From Spirochaetia bacterium (GTDB lineage Bacteria; Spirochaetota; Spirochaetia; CAKZLE01), in contig OY782041.1 of NCBI GenBank assembly GCA_963677595.1, positions 3,040,001-3,104,000 of the forward strand: a stretch of 64,000 nt of DNA. Reading direction: 5' to 3'. Shown one piece after another: positions 39,887-50,281 of the stretch (positions are counted from its first letter, which is position 1; the number at the start of each line of letters is the position of its first letter). The notes below the pieces were generated by a model. It searched no databases. It worked only from the letters and a program-made list of their open reading frames with translations, and was not told the DNA's origin. A program made the translations under genes and the position numbers.

Positions 39887-41440
39887 ATGATCACTTCACA
39901 AAAGAAACAATTGTTTGAAAGGACCTATAATGAACCCATCTGGGTCCATTTTGGCGCGGGTAATATATTCAGGGGATTCCCGGCTGCTTTGCAGCAGGAT
40001 CTCATCGAGCAGGGAAAGTCGGATAAGGGTATCATTGTAGGTGAAGGGTTTGATTTTGAGATCATCGATGCTGTATATGCTCCGTACGATAATGAGACGA
40101 TCCTTGCAGTTCTGAACAGTGACGGTACGATAGAGATAAAGCAGATTCAGTCCGTTACAGAAGCCTATGCGTGTGACCCAGATTTCCAGGACCAGTGGTC
40201 CCGTTTCAGGCAGGTGTTTGCTTCAGAGTCGCTCCAGATGGTCTCCTTCACGATTACCGAGAAAGGGTATAGCATACAGGATAACGATGGGAATATGACT
40301 CAAAGTATCCTGGATGATATCGCAGCAGGTCCTGAAGGACCAAGATCCATGATGGCAAAGATTACGGCATTGCTCTATGCACGGTATAGGACCTGCGGGA
40401 CACCTGTTTCCCTGGTCAGTATGGATAACTGCTCTCATAATGGAGAGAAGCTGGAATTTGCAGTAACAGCTATAGCCGAACAGTGGGTAGCCTCTGGCAG
40501 AATGGAGCAGGGATTCCTCTCTTATCTGGAAGATTCTGTTTCGTTCCCCTGGTCGATGATCGATAAGATCACTCCCAGGCCCGATACATCCGTACGAGAC
40601 TATTTACGGTCCAAGGGTTATGACCAAACTGACATAACCGTGACCGCTAAGCATAGCTGGGTTGCCCCTTTCGTAAATACGGAAAAACCCCAGTACCTTG
40701 TAATCGAGGATGGCTTCCCCAATGGGAGACCTCCCCTGGAAGAGGTGGGGGTCCTCTTTACCGACCGTGAAACGGTCAATAAGGTGGAGAGGATGAAAGT
40801 ATGCACCTGCCTGAATCCATTGCATACTGCATTGGCCGTGTTTGGCTGTCTTCTGGGGTATACTCTTATCTCCGATGAGATGAAAGACCCGCTATTGCGT
40901 CGTATGGTGGAAATGATCGGATACGATGAGGGACTGCCGGTGGTTACTGACCCTGGGGTGATACATCCTGAGGCGTTCCTTGAGGAAGTCCTGAATGTCA
41001 GGTTTCCCAATCCGTTCATGCCTGATACCCCGCAAAGGATTGTATGTGACACCTCCCAGAAACTCTCAATCAGGTTTGGTGAGACCATTAAAGCCTATAT
41101 GGAAAGTGATAGCCTCTTTCCGGAAAGCCTGAGGGCCATCCCCTTGGTCTTGGCGGGGTGGCTTCGTTACCTCATGGGAGTGAATGATGCAGGCGAAGTC
41201 TTTGAGATCAGTCCGGATCCGGGAATGAACCGTATAAGACCATATCTTGAAGGTATTACCATAGGCGGGACAAACCAATTCGCTGAAATCAAACAAGTGC
41301 TGGGAGACTCCAGTCTCTTTGGGGTAGATCTGTATGAGGCCGGTTTGGGAGATAGGGTAGTAGCACACTTCTCTGAGATGGTTGAGAAGGCAGGGGCTGT
41401 CCGTTTGGTGCTGGAGAAATACATATATTCATTAGATTGA
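39887..41440 (+). CDS. Mannitol dehydrogenase family (UxuB-like mannonate oxidoreductase)
   Basis: HFGAGNIFR, SFTITEKGY, SMDN, SMIDKITP, K...LN.LH, DTSQK. Confidence 0.85.
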   Translation: MITSQKKQLFERTYNEPIWVHFGAGNIFRGFPAALQQDLIEQGKSDKGIIVGEGFDFEIIDAVYAPYDNETILAVLNSDGTIEIKQIQSVTEAYACDPDFQDQWSRFRQVFASESLQMVSFTITEKGYSIQDNDGNMTQSILDDIAAGPEGPRSMMAKITALLYARYRTCGTPVSLVSMDNCSHNGEKLEFAVTAIAEQWVASGRMEQGFLSYLEDSVSFPWSMIDKITPRPDTSVRDYLRSKGYDQTDITVTAKHSWVAPFVNTEKPQYLVIEDGFPNGRPPLEEVGVLFTDRETVNKVERMKVCTCLNPLHTALAVFGCLLGYTLISDEMKDPLLRRMVEMIGYDEGLPVVTDPGVIHPEAFLEEVLNVRFPNPFMPDTPQRIVCDTSQKLSIRFGETIKAYMESDSLFPESLRAIPLVLAGWLRYLMGVNDAGEVFEISPDPGMNRIRPYLEGITIGGTNQFAEIKQVLGDSSLFGVDLYEAGLGDRVVAHFSEMVEKAGAVRLVLEKYIYSLD

Positions 41441-41660
41441 AAAATCTCATCTGTACTTACATCACAACTGTGCATGCGGATGGTTCTTATTTGTTGCAGG
41501 ATACACAAACGGTTTAAACAGTAGTCAGTTATACTGGTGTCATAGTAGTTTGCTTGGGCCTTGTTGAATGCTCATCCATCAGGATTTAGAAAGCTGCATC
41601 ACAAAAAGATGTAGGAAATATCCATCTTGCACAGCTGTGATACTGTGGTAGGGTTATAGG

Positions 41661-43079
41661 ATGAACAACCCAAACATAATCCTCATCCTAGCTGACCAGA
41701 TGCGGTATGACACGCTTGGCATCACCGGTAATCCGGTGATACAGACTCCACATATTGATTCTCTTGCTGATTCGGGCTGGGTCTTCACCAGACCCTATTC
41801 CTGCCTGCCCATCTGTATGCCGCAGCGGGTATCCCTGATGACTGGACAGTATCCGTCTGCACACGGGACGGTGTGCAACGGGATCCCGTATCAAGGTCGA
41901 TACCCAATGCTCCCCGAACTGCTCAGGGACCAGGGATACCAGACGTTCTCCTCGGGGAAGATGCACCTGAACCCTATCGCCGAGGGCTTCACGGAACCCC
42001 TGGAAGAACCTGGTGAAGTACAGGGACTCCCGTACATGGGGTTCGAGGGGCTGTATGATGTAGAGGGGTATACGTCTGCATATCTGAAGAGGATCAGCAA
42101 TGAGGCTCCTGAACTGCTGGAAGCAGCTAATCATCGTCCAGGGTTCACTGCAGAGGGACCATTTCAGGTGTGCCCGACCCCGATACCGCTTTCGCTGCAC
42201 AGGTCGACCGGTATTGCCGATCACGCGATCTCATTCATCCGGGGTCGGGACAGGTCACGGCCGTTCTTCCTGCATTGCTCATTCTGGGACCCGCATCACC
42301 CCTTCGATCCCCCAGATCCTTATGACAGGATGTATGAACCGGAGGACATGCCTCTGCCCATCCCGGGATGTGAGGAGGAGTTCTCTTCTCTTCCAAGCCA
42401 CTTTCAGGAGTGGTATACCCATTCATGGGGAGATGCCGGGAAGAATTTCAAGGAGCACAGCATGCAGGACTGGCAGAAGATATATTCCCAGTACTATGGG
42501 ATGATATCACTGATTGATGACAGTATCGGAAGACTGCTGCAGGTGCTGGAGGAGGAGGGTCTGCAGGAAGATACGATCATTATCTTCACTTCCGACCATG
42601 GGGAGCTCCTGGGTGACCACGGGCTGGCCTTGAAAGGCCCCTTCTTCTACGAGGGGCTGCTGAAAGTCCCGTTGATCATCCATGATCCCCGGACCCTGCA
42701 GGGATCGATGCAGACGATCGATGAGCCGGTCATGACCTATGATATCATGCCGACGATCATGGAGTGGTGTTCAGGTACCGTGCCTCCCATGACCGCGAGA
42801 TCCCTCGTCCCGTTCTTCATGGGAGATCCTCGTGAGCCGGATACGATCCTGATCGAGGGGGAGGATACCGGGATGGTCTGTCTGGTCGATGGGGACTGGA
42901 AAATCATCGTGTATCGTGACTTGGATCAGGGGCAGCTCTATAACCTCCAGGATGATCCCGAGGAGCGGGTCAACCTCTGGGACAGGGATTACCGGCAGCA
43001 AAGCAGGATGCTTCAACTAGTAGGTAGAGGGCTGCTCGAGCTACGTCCACCGGCAGGGCTGAGGAGCAGCAGATGGTAA
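41661..43079 (+). CDS. Sulfatase (Cys-type)
   Basis: NIILILADQ, CMPQR, GKMH, DPHHP, SDHG. Confidence 0.92.
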   Translation: MNNPNIILILADQMRYDTLGITGNPVIQTPHIDSLADSGWVFTRPYSCLPICMPQRVSLMTGQYPSAHGTVCNGIPYQGRYPMLPELLRDQGYQTFSSGKMHLNPIAEGFTEPLEEPGEVQGLPYMGFEGLYDVEGYTSAYLKRISNEAPELLEAANHRPGFTAEGPFQVCPTPIPLSLHRSTGIADHAISFIRGRDRSRPFFLHCSFWDPHHPFDPPDPYDRMYEPEDMPLPIPGCEEEFSSLPSHFQEWYTHSWGDAGKNFKEHSMQDWQKIYSQYYGMISLIDDSIGRLLQVLEEEGLQEDTIIIFTSDHGELLGDHGLALKGPFFYEGLLKVPLIIHDPRTLQGSMQTIDEPVMTYDIMPTIMEWCSGTVPPMTARSLVPFFMGDPREPDTILIEGEDTGMVCLVDGDWKIIVYRDLDQGQLYNLQDDPEERVNLWDRDYRQQSRMLQLVGRGLLELRPPAGLRSSRW

Positions 43080-43119
43080 TTACCAAAGCGTATCGACCGA
43101 CACACAGGGAGAAAAAGGG

Positions 43120-44556
43120 ATGAAGAAGAATATCATCATGGTGGTTGCAGACGAGATGCGGGCAGACTGTGTAGGCTTTTGGGGTTCACCTGTCGCTAAG
43201 ACACCGGTTATTGACAGGCTGGCAGGGGCAGGCACGGTATTCATGAACCATTTCTCCAATCATGGGAAATGCGTGCCTGCCAGGGCCTGCATGTATACCG
43301 GGCAGTATGCGAACACAGGCGGTCATCGGTCGCTGGGGGTGATGATCCAGCCAGGGGAAGAAAACCTGGCTTCCCACCTCAAGGCAAACGGGTACGAGAC
43401 GGCTATGTTCATGAGGAACCATACGGTTGATGAATCCTATCATGGGGTTTGTTTCGACCATTGGGGACGGGCCCCTATCGACAATGACAGGAATCACTTC
43501 AGGAGGGCAGGGGGATGCACAGTACCTGAGGAGAAGGCTTTCTATTGGGGAAAGATCGAGGATGAGGATTATGTATCCTCTGACCGCATCCATGCCGAGC
43601 TTTTCTGTGAATGGCTCTCTGCGCGGGATTCTGGGAAGCCGTTCTTTGCAAACATCAACTTCATCAACCCGCATCCTCCCTATAATGCCCCTGAGGCTAT
43701 GGCGGAGCTCTTCCCCCTCGATGAGATAACACCATTCACTTCGCGGCATGCAAGTCCCGGTGAGCCGGATTTCATGAAGAGGATCAGGCAGGAGTATGGC
43801 GGGCTTGATGAAATCCTCACACAAGATCTTAAGAAGAAGATCCTGCAGTGCTACTATGCCCAGATCCTGGAGGTCGATACCTGCCTGGGGCTGATAGAAC
43901 AGCAGGTGAAGGACCTGGGTTTATGGGATGAGACCATCGTGCTGTTCATCAGCGACCATGGTGATTATGCGGGGCAGTATGATCTCGTGGAGAAATGGGA
44001 TACGGGGTTTCATGACTGCCTGCTCCATGTCCCGTTCTTCCTGAGCGGGGGAGCCCTGCCGTTCGGCTTCAGGACTGTTTCAGCACTGACCGAACATGTG
44101 GATCTCCTCCCGACCCTCTGTGAATTGGTCGGGGTGCAGCCGCCGTACGGAATCCATGGGACTTCGCTTGTTCCCCTCATCACCGTGGAGGCAGGGCAGG
44201 TCAAGGAATCAGTCTTTGCCGAGGGAGGACATGAGGATGCCCTGCTAGAGATCCCCATACCGCCTGATAAGCATAATGCCTACATCCCCTGTTACCAGGG
44301 GAAGGCCTCGGTCAGGTACGCATACCCGGAGACACTTCGCAAGGCAAAGATGATCAGGACGGAAGACTACAAGTATGTGCACCGGGTGACCGGGCAGCAT
44401 GAACTGTATGACCTGAAGGCAGACCCGATGGAACTGACGAATCTGGCAGAAGACAGCAGTTTTGCTGAAATATGTGATAGGATGAAGGACCGGCTGCTTG
44501 AGCATCTCATCCGTTATGAGAAGCACCAGCCGTTTGATCCGCATCCCATAGCTTAG
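43120..44556 (+). CDS. Sulfatase (Cys-type)
   Basis: NIIMVVADE, CVPAR, NPHPP, SDHG, LYDL..DP.E. Confidence 0.9.
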   Translation: MKKNIIMVVADEMRADCVGFWGSPVAKTPVIDRLAGAGTVFMNHFSNHGKCVPARACMYTGQYANTGGHRSLGVMIQPGEENLASHLKANGYETAMFMRNHTVDESYHGVCFDHWGRAPIDNDRNHFRRAGGCTVPEEKAFYWGKIEDEDYVSSDRIHAELFCEWLSARDSGKPFFANINFINPHPPYNAPEAMAELFPLDEITPFTSRHASPGEPDFMKRIRQEYGGLDEILTQDLKKKILQCYYAQILEVDTCLGLIEQQVKDLGLWDETIVLFISDHGDYAGQYDLVEKWDTGFHDCLLHVPFFLSGGALPFGFRTVSALTEHVDLLPTLCELVGVQPPYGIHGTSLVPLITVEAGQVKESVFAEGGHEDALLEIPIPPDKHNAYIPCYQGKASVRYAYPETLRKAKMIRTEDYKYVHRVTGQHELYDLKADPMELTNLAEDSSFAEICDRMKDRLLEHLIRYEKHQPFDPHPIA

Positions 44557-44566
44557 GAGTGTATAG

Positions 44567-46075
44567 TTGGGAGTCTCTTTCATACTGCTGACCCTGTTCA
44601 CCATCTTCCACCTGCTGAGGACATTGAGAAAGTCAGCCTTCTCGAAGCTGCTTCTGTTCAGGATCATCGGCCTCGACATCATCCTGTTCGTCCTCATCAT
44701 CCTTGCCGGTAAGGCAGAAACAGATTTCTACCTTGCCGGGCTGTCGCTGCTGAACAAGAAGATCTTCATGCTCTTCTCATCACTGACGATATCCAACTAC
44801 ATGCTCTTCAGGATGCTCAATACAGGTGTCTTCCTCTTCAGTGTTTCCATCCCGATGATCATCCGACCCTTCCTGGTCTCTGGACGCAGGATTGTCTCAT
44901 TCAACACCTACATGATCTGGCTGATCATCGGGATCTGTTTCGTCCTTTTCATCTACTGTAACGACCCGAGGGTGCTCTACCTCGTCTACCTGCGGTACAT
45001 ACAGCAGGATCCCCTGGTCACGGATCTTGCTGTCCGGGTGATGTTCCACCTGCAGAGGATCCTCTTCATGTTCGTGCTGTTCGTCTATCCACTCGTCACA
45101 CTTACCCTCTCAAGGAGAGGGGAGAAGCTGGTGATCAAGAAGAAGCAGATCCTTGTGGTCCTCTCCAACCTGTTGATCATGAACGCGTTCGTCTTCCTGT
45201 TCCTGGACAACAACGGGTTCAGTTACTTCCAGGTGGTGTTCAATCGGGCAACAACACTTGCCCCCCTGAGTATGGCGAAACTGCCGCCCTATTACCAGAA
45301 CACGATACCGCTCCTGTTGATCCTCTCTACTGAAGTATTCCTCATCTACCTGAATTTCAGCCAGATCATGACCCCTACAGACCTGCTTGAGAAGAAGATC
45401 ATCCTGAGGAATTCGGTCAACCTCCGCAAGAATCTTGGGGGGCTGTTCCATATCTTCAAGAACAACTACTTCAACCTGTACTGCCAGACGGTTAAGATCC
45501 GGGAGGAGCTCCCCGAACAGCATGAGGCGCTGGATAAAATGATCGATGAGATAGAGCAGATGCAGCAGGATCTCAACAAGCTCATCTCCTCGGTCGTTGA
45601 CATCAAGTTGTCCATCCAGCCCCAGCAGGTTTCAACCATCCTGAAGAAGGCTGTACAGGGAGGACCTCAACACGATGGGATCCGGTTGAGCCTTGCTATC
45701 GAAGGGGAGATCTGGATCCTGGGCGATGAGATCTATCTGGTCGAGGCTCTGCGGAACCTGATCAAGAACAGCATGGAGTCGATCATCCAGGATCGGGGGG
45801 CTGCCGGCGAGATCACGATACAGGCAGCCAGAGATAAGGCCTTCGCCGTGATCACGGTCTCTGATACCGGCGGGGGCATCCCCGCGAAGATCAGGAGGAA
45901 AGTCCTGCAGCCGCAGTTTTCAACGAAGGTCCAAAGGCAGAATTGGGGGCTTGGGCTCACATTCAGCTACCGGGTGATCAAGATGCACCTCGGGTACATG
46001 GATATTGTCTCGGAGGAGGGTGTCGGCACGAAGATCGAGATCCTGCTGCCGGTGTATGATGGAGGGAAAAGATGA
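44567..46075 (+). CDS. Membrane sensor histidine kinase
   Basis: Multiple transmembrane segments, H box (FHIFKN), NLIKNS, DTGGGI, GLGL. Confidence 0.88.
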   Translation: MGVSFILLTLFTIFHLLRTLRKSAFSKLLLFRIIGLDIILFVLIILAGKAETDFYLAGLSLLNKKIFMLFSSLTISNYMLFRMLNTGVFLFSVSIPMIIRPFLVSGRRIVSFNTYMIWLIIGICFVLFIYCNDPRVLYLVYLRYIQQDPLVTDLAVRVMFHLQRILFMFVLFVYPLVTLTLSRRGEKLVIKKKQILVVLSNLLIMNAFVFLFLDNNGFSYFQVVFNRATTLAPLSMAKLPPYYQNTIPLLLILSTEVFLIYLNFSQIMTPTDLLEKKIILRNSVNLRKNLGGLFHIFKNNYFNLYCQTVKIREELPEQHEALDKMIDEIEQMQQDLNKLISSVVDIKLSIQPQQVSTILKKAVQGGPQHDGIRLSLAIEGEIWILGDEIYLVEALRNLIKNSMESIIQDRGAAGEITIQAARDKAFAVITVSDTGGGIPAKIRRKVLQPQFSTKVQRQNWGLGLTFSYRVIKMHLGYMDIVSEEGVGTKIEILLPVYDGGKR

Positions 46076-46746
46076 GTATACGGATCCTGATCGCAGATGA
46101 TATGCCTGATATCAGGGAGTACTTTCAGATGATCCTCTCGAGGGAGGCTGCCATCGATGTCGTTGCCGTGGCTGGCAGCGGTAAGGAAGCCTATGACATG
46201 GCAATCGAGCTGACACCTGATATCGTCCTCATGGATATCACCATGGAATCCCAGCTCTCCGGCATTGATGCTGCCTCAAGGATAAAGGCAGAGAATCCCC
46301 GGATAAAGATCATCATCCTCACGATGCATGACGATGATGATATCCTCTTCCAGGCATTCTCTGCCGGCGTGGATGACTACCTGATCAAGGACAGTTCTCT
46401 CTTGGAGGTGATCAAGTCGATTCAGGATGTCTATGATAACCAGCTGTCTCTGAGGCCTTCCATAAGCAAGAAGATCCAGCAGGAGTTCACCAGGCTCCGA
46501 GGGGAGAAGGAACGCCTGATCGAGACACTCAACATCATATCCAAGCTCACGAACTCTGAGTTCGAGATCATCAGGGCATGCTACATGGGCAAGAAGTACA
46601 AGCAGATCGCCAAGGACCGGTCCGTTGAGGAGGTGACTATCAGGACCCATGTGAACAACATCCTCAGGAAGTTCGAGAAGCGCAGGATGAAAGAGGTCGT
46701 GAAGCTCCTGGACGAGACCGATATCTTCAAGATCTATCTTCCCTGA
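46072..46746 (+). CDS. NarL/LuxR-family response regulator
   Basis: ILIADD, VLMDI, YLIK receiver; C-terminal TIRTHVNNILRK HTH. Confidence 0.93.
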   Translation: MSIRILIADDMPDIREYFQMILSREAAIDVVAVAGSGKEAYDMAIELTPDIVLMDITMESQLSGIDAASRIKAENPRIKIIILTMHDDDDILFQAFSAGVDDYLIKDSSLLEVIKSIQDVYDNQLSLRPSISKKIQQEFTRLRGEKERLIETLNIISKLTNSEFEIIRACYMGKKYKQIAKDRSVEEVTIRTHVNNILRKFEKRRMKEVVKLLDETDIFKIYLP

Positions 46747-48434
46747 TACCCCACGATCACCTCCGTCGAACTGGCGTCTGGACTCTCCTTGTCTTTCAAG
46801 GGGTAGAGATAGAGGTCCCCATCCTGTTCCTCCACACCAAGGAAGACATCATATGGGCTCTTCTCGATATCTGCATGCATCGTGATACGGAAACCTTCCC
46901 CATATGATGTGGTGCCTTTGATCCAATCGATGACCGGTTCCCGTGAGAGGTCGACTGACGGCGGCCTGTGGAATCGGTGGGTGAGCAGGTATGGGCCGTA
47001 GAAGAGGTTTACTTCCCGGCCTTCCGTCGGTATCGCTTCCTCTGGTGCGGTGTCCGGGCAGGCACACCAGAGCCTGAAGGGAAGGTCGATCTTCATGGTT
47101 CCGGGGGTGAGGGGGAAGCAGGTAAAATCGGCTCCCTGGCCATTCTCGACCCAATGCGGCATGTACAGCCTGATCTCAGTGATCTCATGACCTGCAGTAT
47201 CTACGAGGAGCTGATGCTGTTCATGGTCGACTGTCATAGTGAGCGATGACCCGTCAGTGAACTGCCAGGTCCCGGTCACCGGGTGGTGGATCGTGACGGT
47301 ATGTGCCTGTCTCTCCACGAAACAGGACCCCAGTCGTGCCAGGGCCCAGCTGCCGTATAAAGAACAGCACCATGGGGCTTCCTTACCGTACTGGAGGTAT
47401 GATGAACCGAGTTCACAGGACCCGAATCCCCCGTTATATGCCTGGTTGTAGTAGATGTGGTTTTCCAGCACCAATATGGCTCGATCCATCCAGCGTGTCT
47501 CCCCGGTCAGCCTTGACAGTTTCAGGCAGATCATGATCCAATCGAACAGGGAGCATCCCTCATCGTAGACCCGCTCCCCTGGCTCGGGAATCCCGAACCG
47601 TTCCGGGACCCCGGCTGACTCGAGGATGCGGGTATCCCAGACAAGTTCCATCTCCTGTGCCAGTGACGTGAGCCCTTCCTCATTGCCAGTCTCTTCATAG
47701 TACTCAAGCAGGCCCCTTCGTATCGTGAGATACATATGGGAGTGGTCTGACTGCTCAAGGGGTGTCAGGTAGGGGATGAAGTTCCCCGCGAGTGTGAGGA
47801 GGTCGTTCCTGCCGGTGAGTCGGTAGAGGTCGACGATGGCGTCCAGGGCATGGAAGTAGCAGCTCCTCGTGATCGCATAAAAGCCGGTATCACGTTCAGG
47901 CAGGTCCATCCCTGCCCAAAGGGGGAATACCCGGAGGTAGTAATCTGCCAGGTGCAGGGCGGCAGTCAGGGCGTTTTTATCAGAGAAGACCCGTGCATAC
48001 TGGGTCAGTCCCCTGAGCATCCAGCCATTACCATACAGCTTGTGCATGTTCAGGGGGTTCTGCTCATGCGTGATGCAGCCGAAGCTCCCGTCCGTGTTCT
48101 GCATCCCGATCGCGGATGCCACGACCTGTCTCAGGAAAGCAGGTGGGACCTGTGAGGCTGACCAGGCGGTCGTCTCAGCGAGGATCCAGCGGCCGGCAAT
48201 ATCCCCGTGCACGCGGGGGAAGTTGGTCCAGGTCCCACGCTCCCCGGAGATCTGCGACAGGATGTATTCCCTCGAGTAGGGGAGCTGGTTGGTGATCCGG
48301 TGCAGTGACCAACCGAACCTGAAGCCGAGTTCTCCCCCCATGTGGTAGGATAGGATCTCTGAGCTGCCAGGTTGTGAAGCGGTGTGGAGGATCCGGGGGG
48401 ACTGTCCGGTGTTCTGCTCACGTATCGATTTCAT
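46734..48434 (-). CDS. GH127/GH146-like (beta-L-arabinofuranosidase-type) hydrolase
   Basis: HSHM, DEGCS, ENHIYYNQ, PWCC, YGPYLL motifs. Confidence 0.7.
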   Translation of the reverse strand: MKSIREQNTGQSPRILHTASQPGSSEILSYHMGGELGFRFGWSLHRITNQLPYSREYILSQISGERGTWTNFPRVHGDIAGRWILAETTAWSASQVPPAFLRQVVASAIGMQNTDGSFGCITHEQNPLNMHKLYGNGWMLRGLTQYARVFSDKNALTAALHLADYYLRVFPLWAGMDLPERDTGFYAITRSCYFHALDAIVDLYRLTGRNDLLTLAGNFIPYLTPLEQSDHSHMYLTIRRGLLEYYEETGNEEGLTSLAQEMELVWDTRILESAGVPERFGIPEPGERVYDEGCSLFDWIMICLKLSRLTGETRWMDRAILVLENHIYYNQAYNGGFGSCELGSSYLQYGKEAPWCCSLYGSWALARLGSCFVERQAHTVTIHHPVTGTWQFTDGSSLTMTVDHEQHQLLVDTAGHEITEIRLYMPHWVENGQGADFTCFPLTPGTMKIDLPFRLWCACPDTAPEEAIPTEGREVNLFYGPYLLTHRFHRPPSVDLSREPVIDWIKGTTSYGEGFRITMHADIEKSPYDVFLGVEEQDGDLYLYPLKDKESPDASSTEVIVGYQGR

Positions 48435-48440
48435 GTCATG

Positions 48441-49289
48441 TCATCCTTTGACTGACCCGCCAGTCAGTCCTGCTATGAAGTACTTGTTGAAGAAGAGATA
48501 GAGGATCACGATCGGAAGGATCGAGAGGATGGCCCCCGCGACCATGAGGTTCCAGGAGCTTGCCGCAGCCCCGGTATCACGGAGTGCCAGGATCCCCACG
48601 ATGAGGGGATAGGAGTCCCTGTTCCCGAGGGTGAAGACTCTTGGGAGCAGCCAATCGTTCCAGGATGCTCGTACCGCGAGCAAACCCACGGTTGCGACGA
48701 TCGGCTTGACGACCGGCATGATGATGTTCCAGTAGATCCTGAACGCGCTGCAGCCGTCGATCATGGCTGCCTGGTCAAGCTCCCTCGGTATGGTGTTCAT
48801 ATATCCCCGTACGAGGAACAGGGCCGACACGTTCAGCCCGAGCACCCTGATGATGATGACTCCCGTCAGCCCCTCGAGGTGGAAGAGCCCGGTGATCTTC
48901 ACTAAGGGAAAGAGGTTTATCGTTCCCAAGCTGATAAACATTGTCCCGGTGAACAGGGTGAACATGAACCGTTTCCCGAAGAACTCGCCTCGAGAGAAGG
49001 CATAGCCGCCCATGGTCGTCACCAGGATGGAACCGATGGTGATGAAGAAGGTCATATAGAGGCTGTTGAACAGGTACCGGGAGAAGTTGGCCTTGTGCCA
49101 TGCTTCCACATAGTTCTCAAACGAGAAGGATTGTGGAAAGAGGGTTGCCCCGGTGAGGAGCAGCTCCTGGTTGCTCTTGAAGGAGGCTGAGAGCGTATAC
49201 AGCAGGGGGAATAGGCTGAATGCCGTGATCAGCAGCAGGAAGATGTATATCCAGACCTGGGACATGAGTGGTTTCATGATATGCGTCAT
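48441..49289 (-). CDS. Carbohydrate ABC transporter permease
   Basis: ELDQAAMIDGCS; GLTGGSVKG. Confidence 0.9.
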   Translation of the reverse strand: MTHIMKPLMSQVWIYIFLLLITAFSLFPLLYTLSASFKSNQELLLTGATLFPQSFSFENYVEAWHKANFSRYLFNSLYMTFFITIGSILVTTMGGYAFSRGEFFGKRFMFTLFTGTMFISLGTINLFPLVKITGLFHLEGLTGVIIIRVLGLNVSALFLVRGYMNTIPRELDQAAMIDGCSAFRIYWNIIMPVVKPIVATVGLLAVRASWNDWLLPRVFTLGNRDSYPLIVGILALRDTGAAASSWNLMVAGAILSILPIVILYLFFNKYFIAGLTGGSVKG

Positions 49290-49291
49290 AT

Positions 49292-50203
49292 TCAGTCCTC
49301 CAGCTTATCGGCATTTCGGGTGATCAGGAGATAGACCACGGTGAATGCTCCGATGACCACGGCGGTGACGAGTCCCATGGATGCTGCATAGCCGAATTGG
49401 GGTCGGAACCCGCCGGTCGAGAAGAACCGCTTGTAGATGTAGCTCATGACAACCTCCGTCTTGCCGCCGGGAGCCCCGTTGGTGAGCACCATGACGATAT
49501 CTGCCGCTTTCATGGTGGATATCATGGCAAGCATGAATACCACCTGGAGGATGGGAGCCAGTTTGGGGATCGTGATATACCAGAATTTCTGTATGGGACT
49601 CGCCCCGTCCATAGTAGCGCTCTCATACAGGTAGTCGGGGATACTCTGCAGCCCTGAGAGGAAGAAAATCATATTGATCCCGAATCCCTGCCAGATGGAT
49701 GCGATCGCGATGATGATGAGGCCTTTCGCCCGTGTGTCCCAGAAGTTGAGCTGTGATGATATCCATCCGAGGTCCAGCAGGAGCGAATTGATGATGCCCT
49801 TGTGGGATGCGAACATGAAGGAGAAGATGAGTCCAAGTATCGCAGGGCTGATGATCGTGGGCAGGAAGTATACGGTCCGGTAGAAGTTCCGCCCCTTCAG
49901 GAGTTTCCTGTTCAGCAGGATCGCGCACATCAGCGCCAGGGGAAGTTCGATCATGAGCTTCCCGAACGTGATGATCAGAGTGTTGCTCAGGGACATCCAG
50001 AACTCCGGGTTGCTGCCGTCGAACAACCTTGCGAAGTTCCCCAGGCCGATGAATACCGGTTCCCCGTAGCCCGGCCACCTGAACCAGGCGAGCCGGATGA
50101 TCCAGATAATCGGGTAGAGCCCGAAGAGCAGGAAACCTATGAATTGGGGCATGACCATCAGGAAGTACTGCACGGTATTGTGCCGTTCGAGTGAGTTTGT
50201 CAT
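49292..50203 (-). CDS. Carbohydrate ABC transporter permease
   Basis: LYESATMDGAS; FGYAAS. Confidence 0.9.
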   Translation of the reverse strand: MTNSLERHNTVQYFLMVMPQFIGFLLFGLYPIIWIIRLAWFRWPGYGEPVFIGLGNFARLFDGSNPEFWMSLSNTLIITFGKLMIELPLALMCAILLNRKLLKGRNFYRTVYFLPTIISPAILGLIFSFMFASHKGIINSLLLDLGWISSQLNFWDTRAKGLIIIAIASIWQGFGINMIFFLSGLQSIPDYLYESATMDGASPIQKFWYITIPKLAPILQVVFMLAMISTMKAADIVMVLTNGAPGGKTEVVMSYIYKRFFSTGGFRPQFGYAASMGLVTAVVIGAFTVVYLLITRNADKLED

Positions 50204-50220
50204 AGTAGGTCCTCGTATGG

Positions 50221-50260
50221 ACTCTATTCCCCGACAGGTAGAGCCGTCAGGGAATAGAGT
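50221..50260 (-). terminator. Intercistronic stem-loop after the solute-binding protein gene
   Basis: ACTCTATTCCC-CGAC / GTC-AGGGAATAGAGT inverted repeat. Confidence 0.55.
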
Positions 50261-50281
50261 AGGGATGAAAAGGGTAGACTG

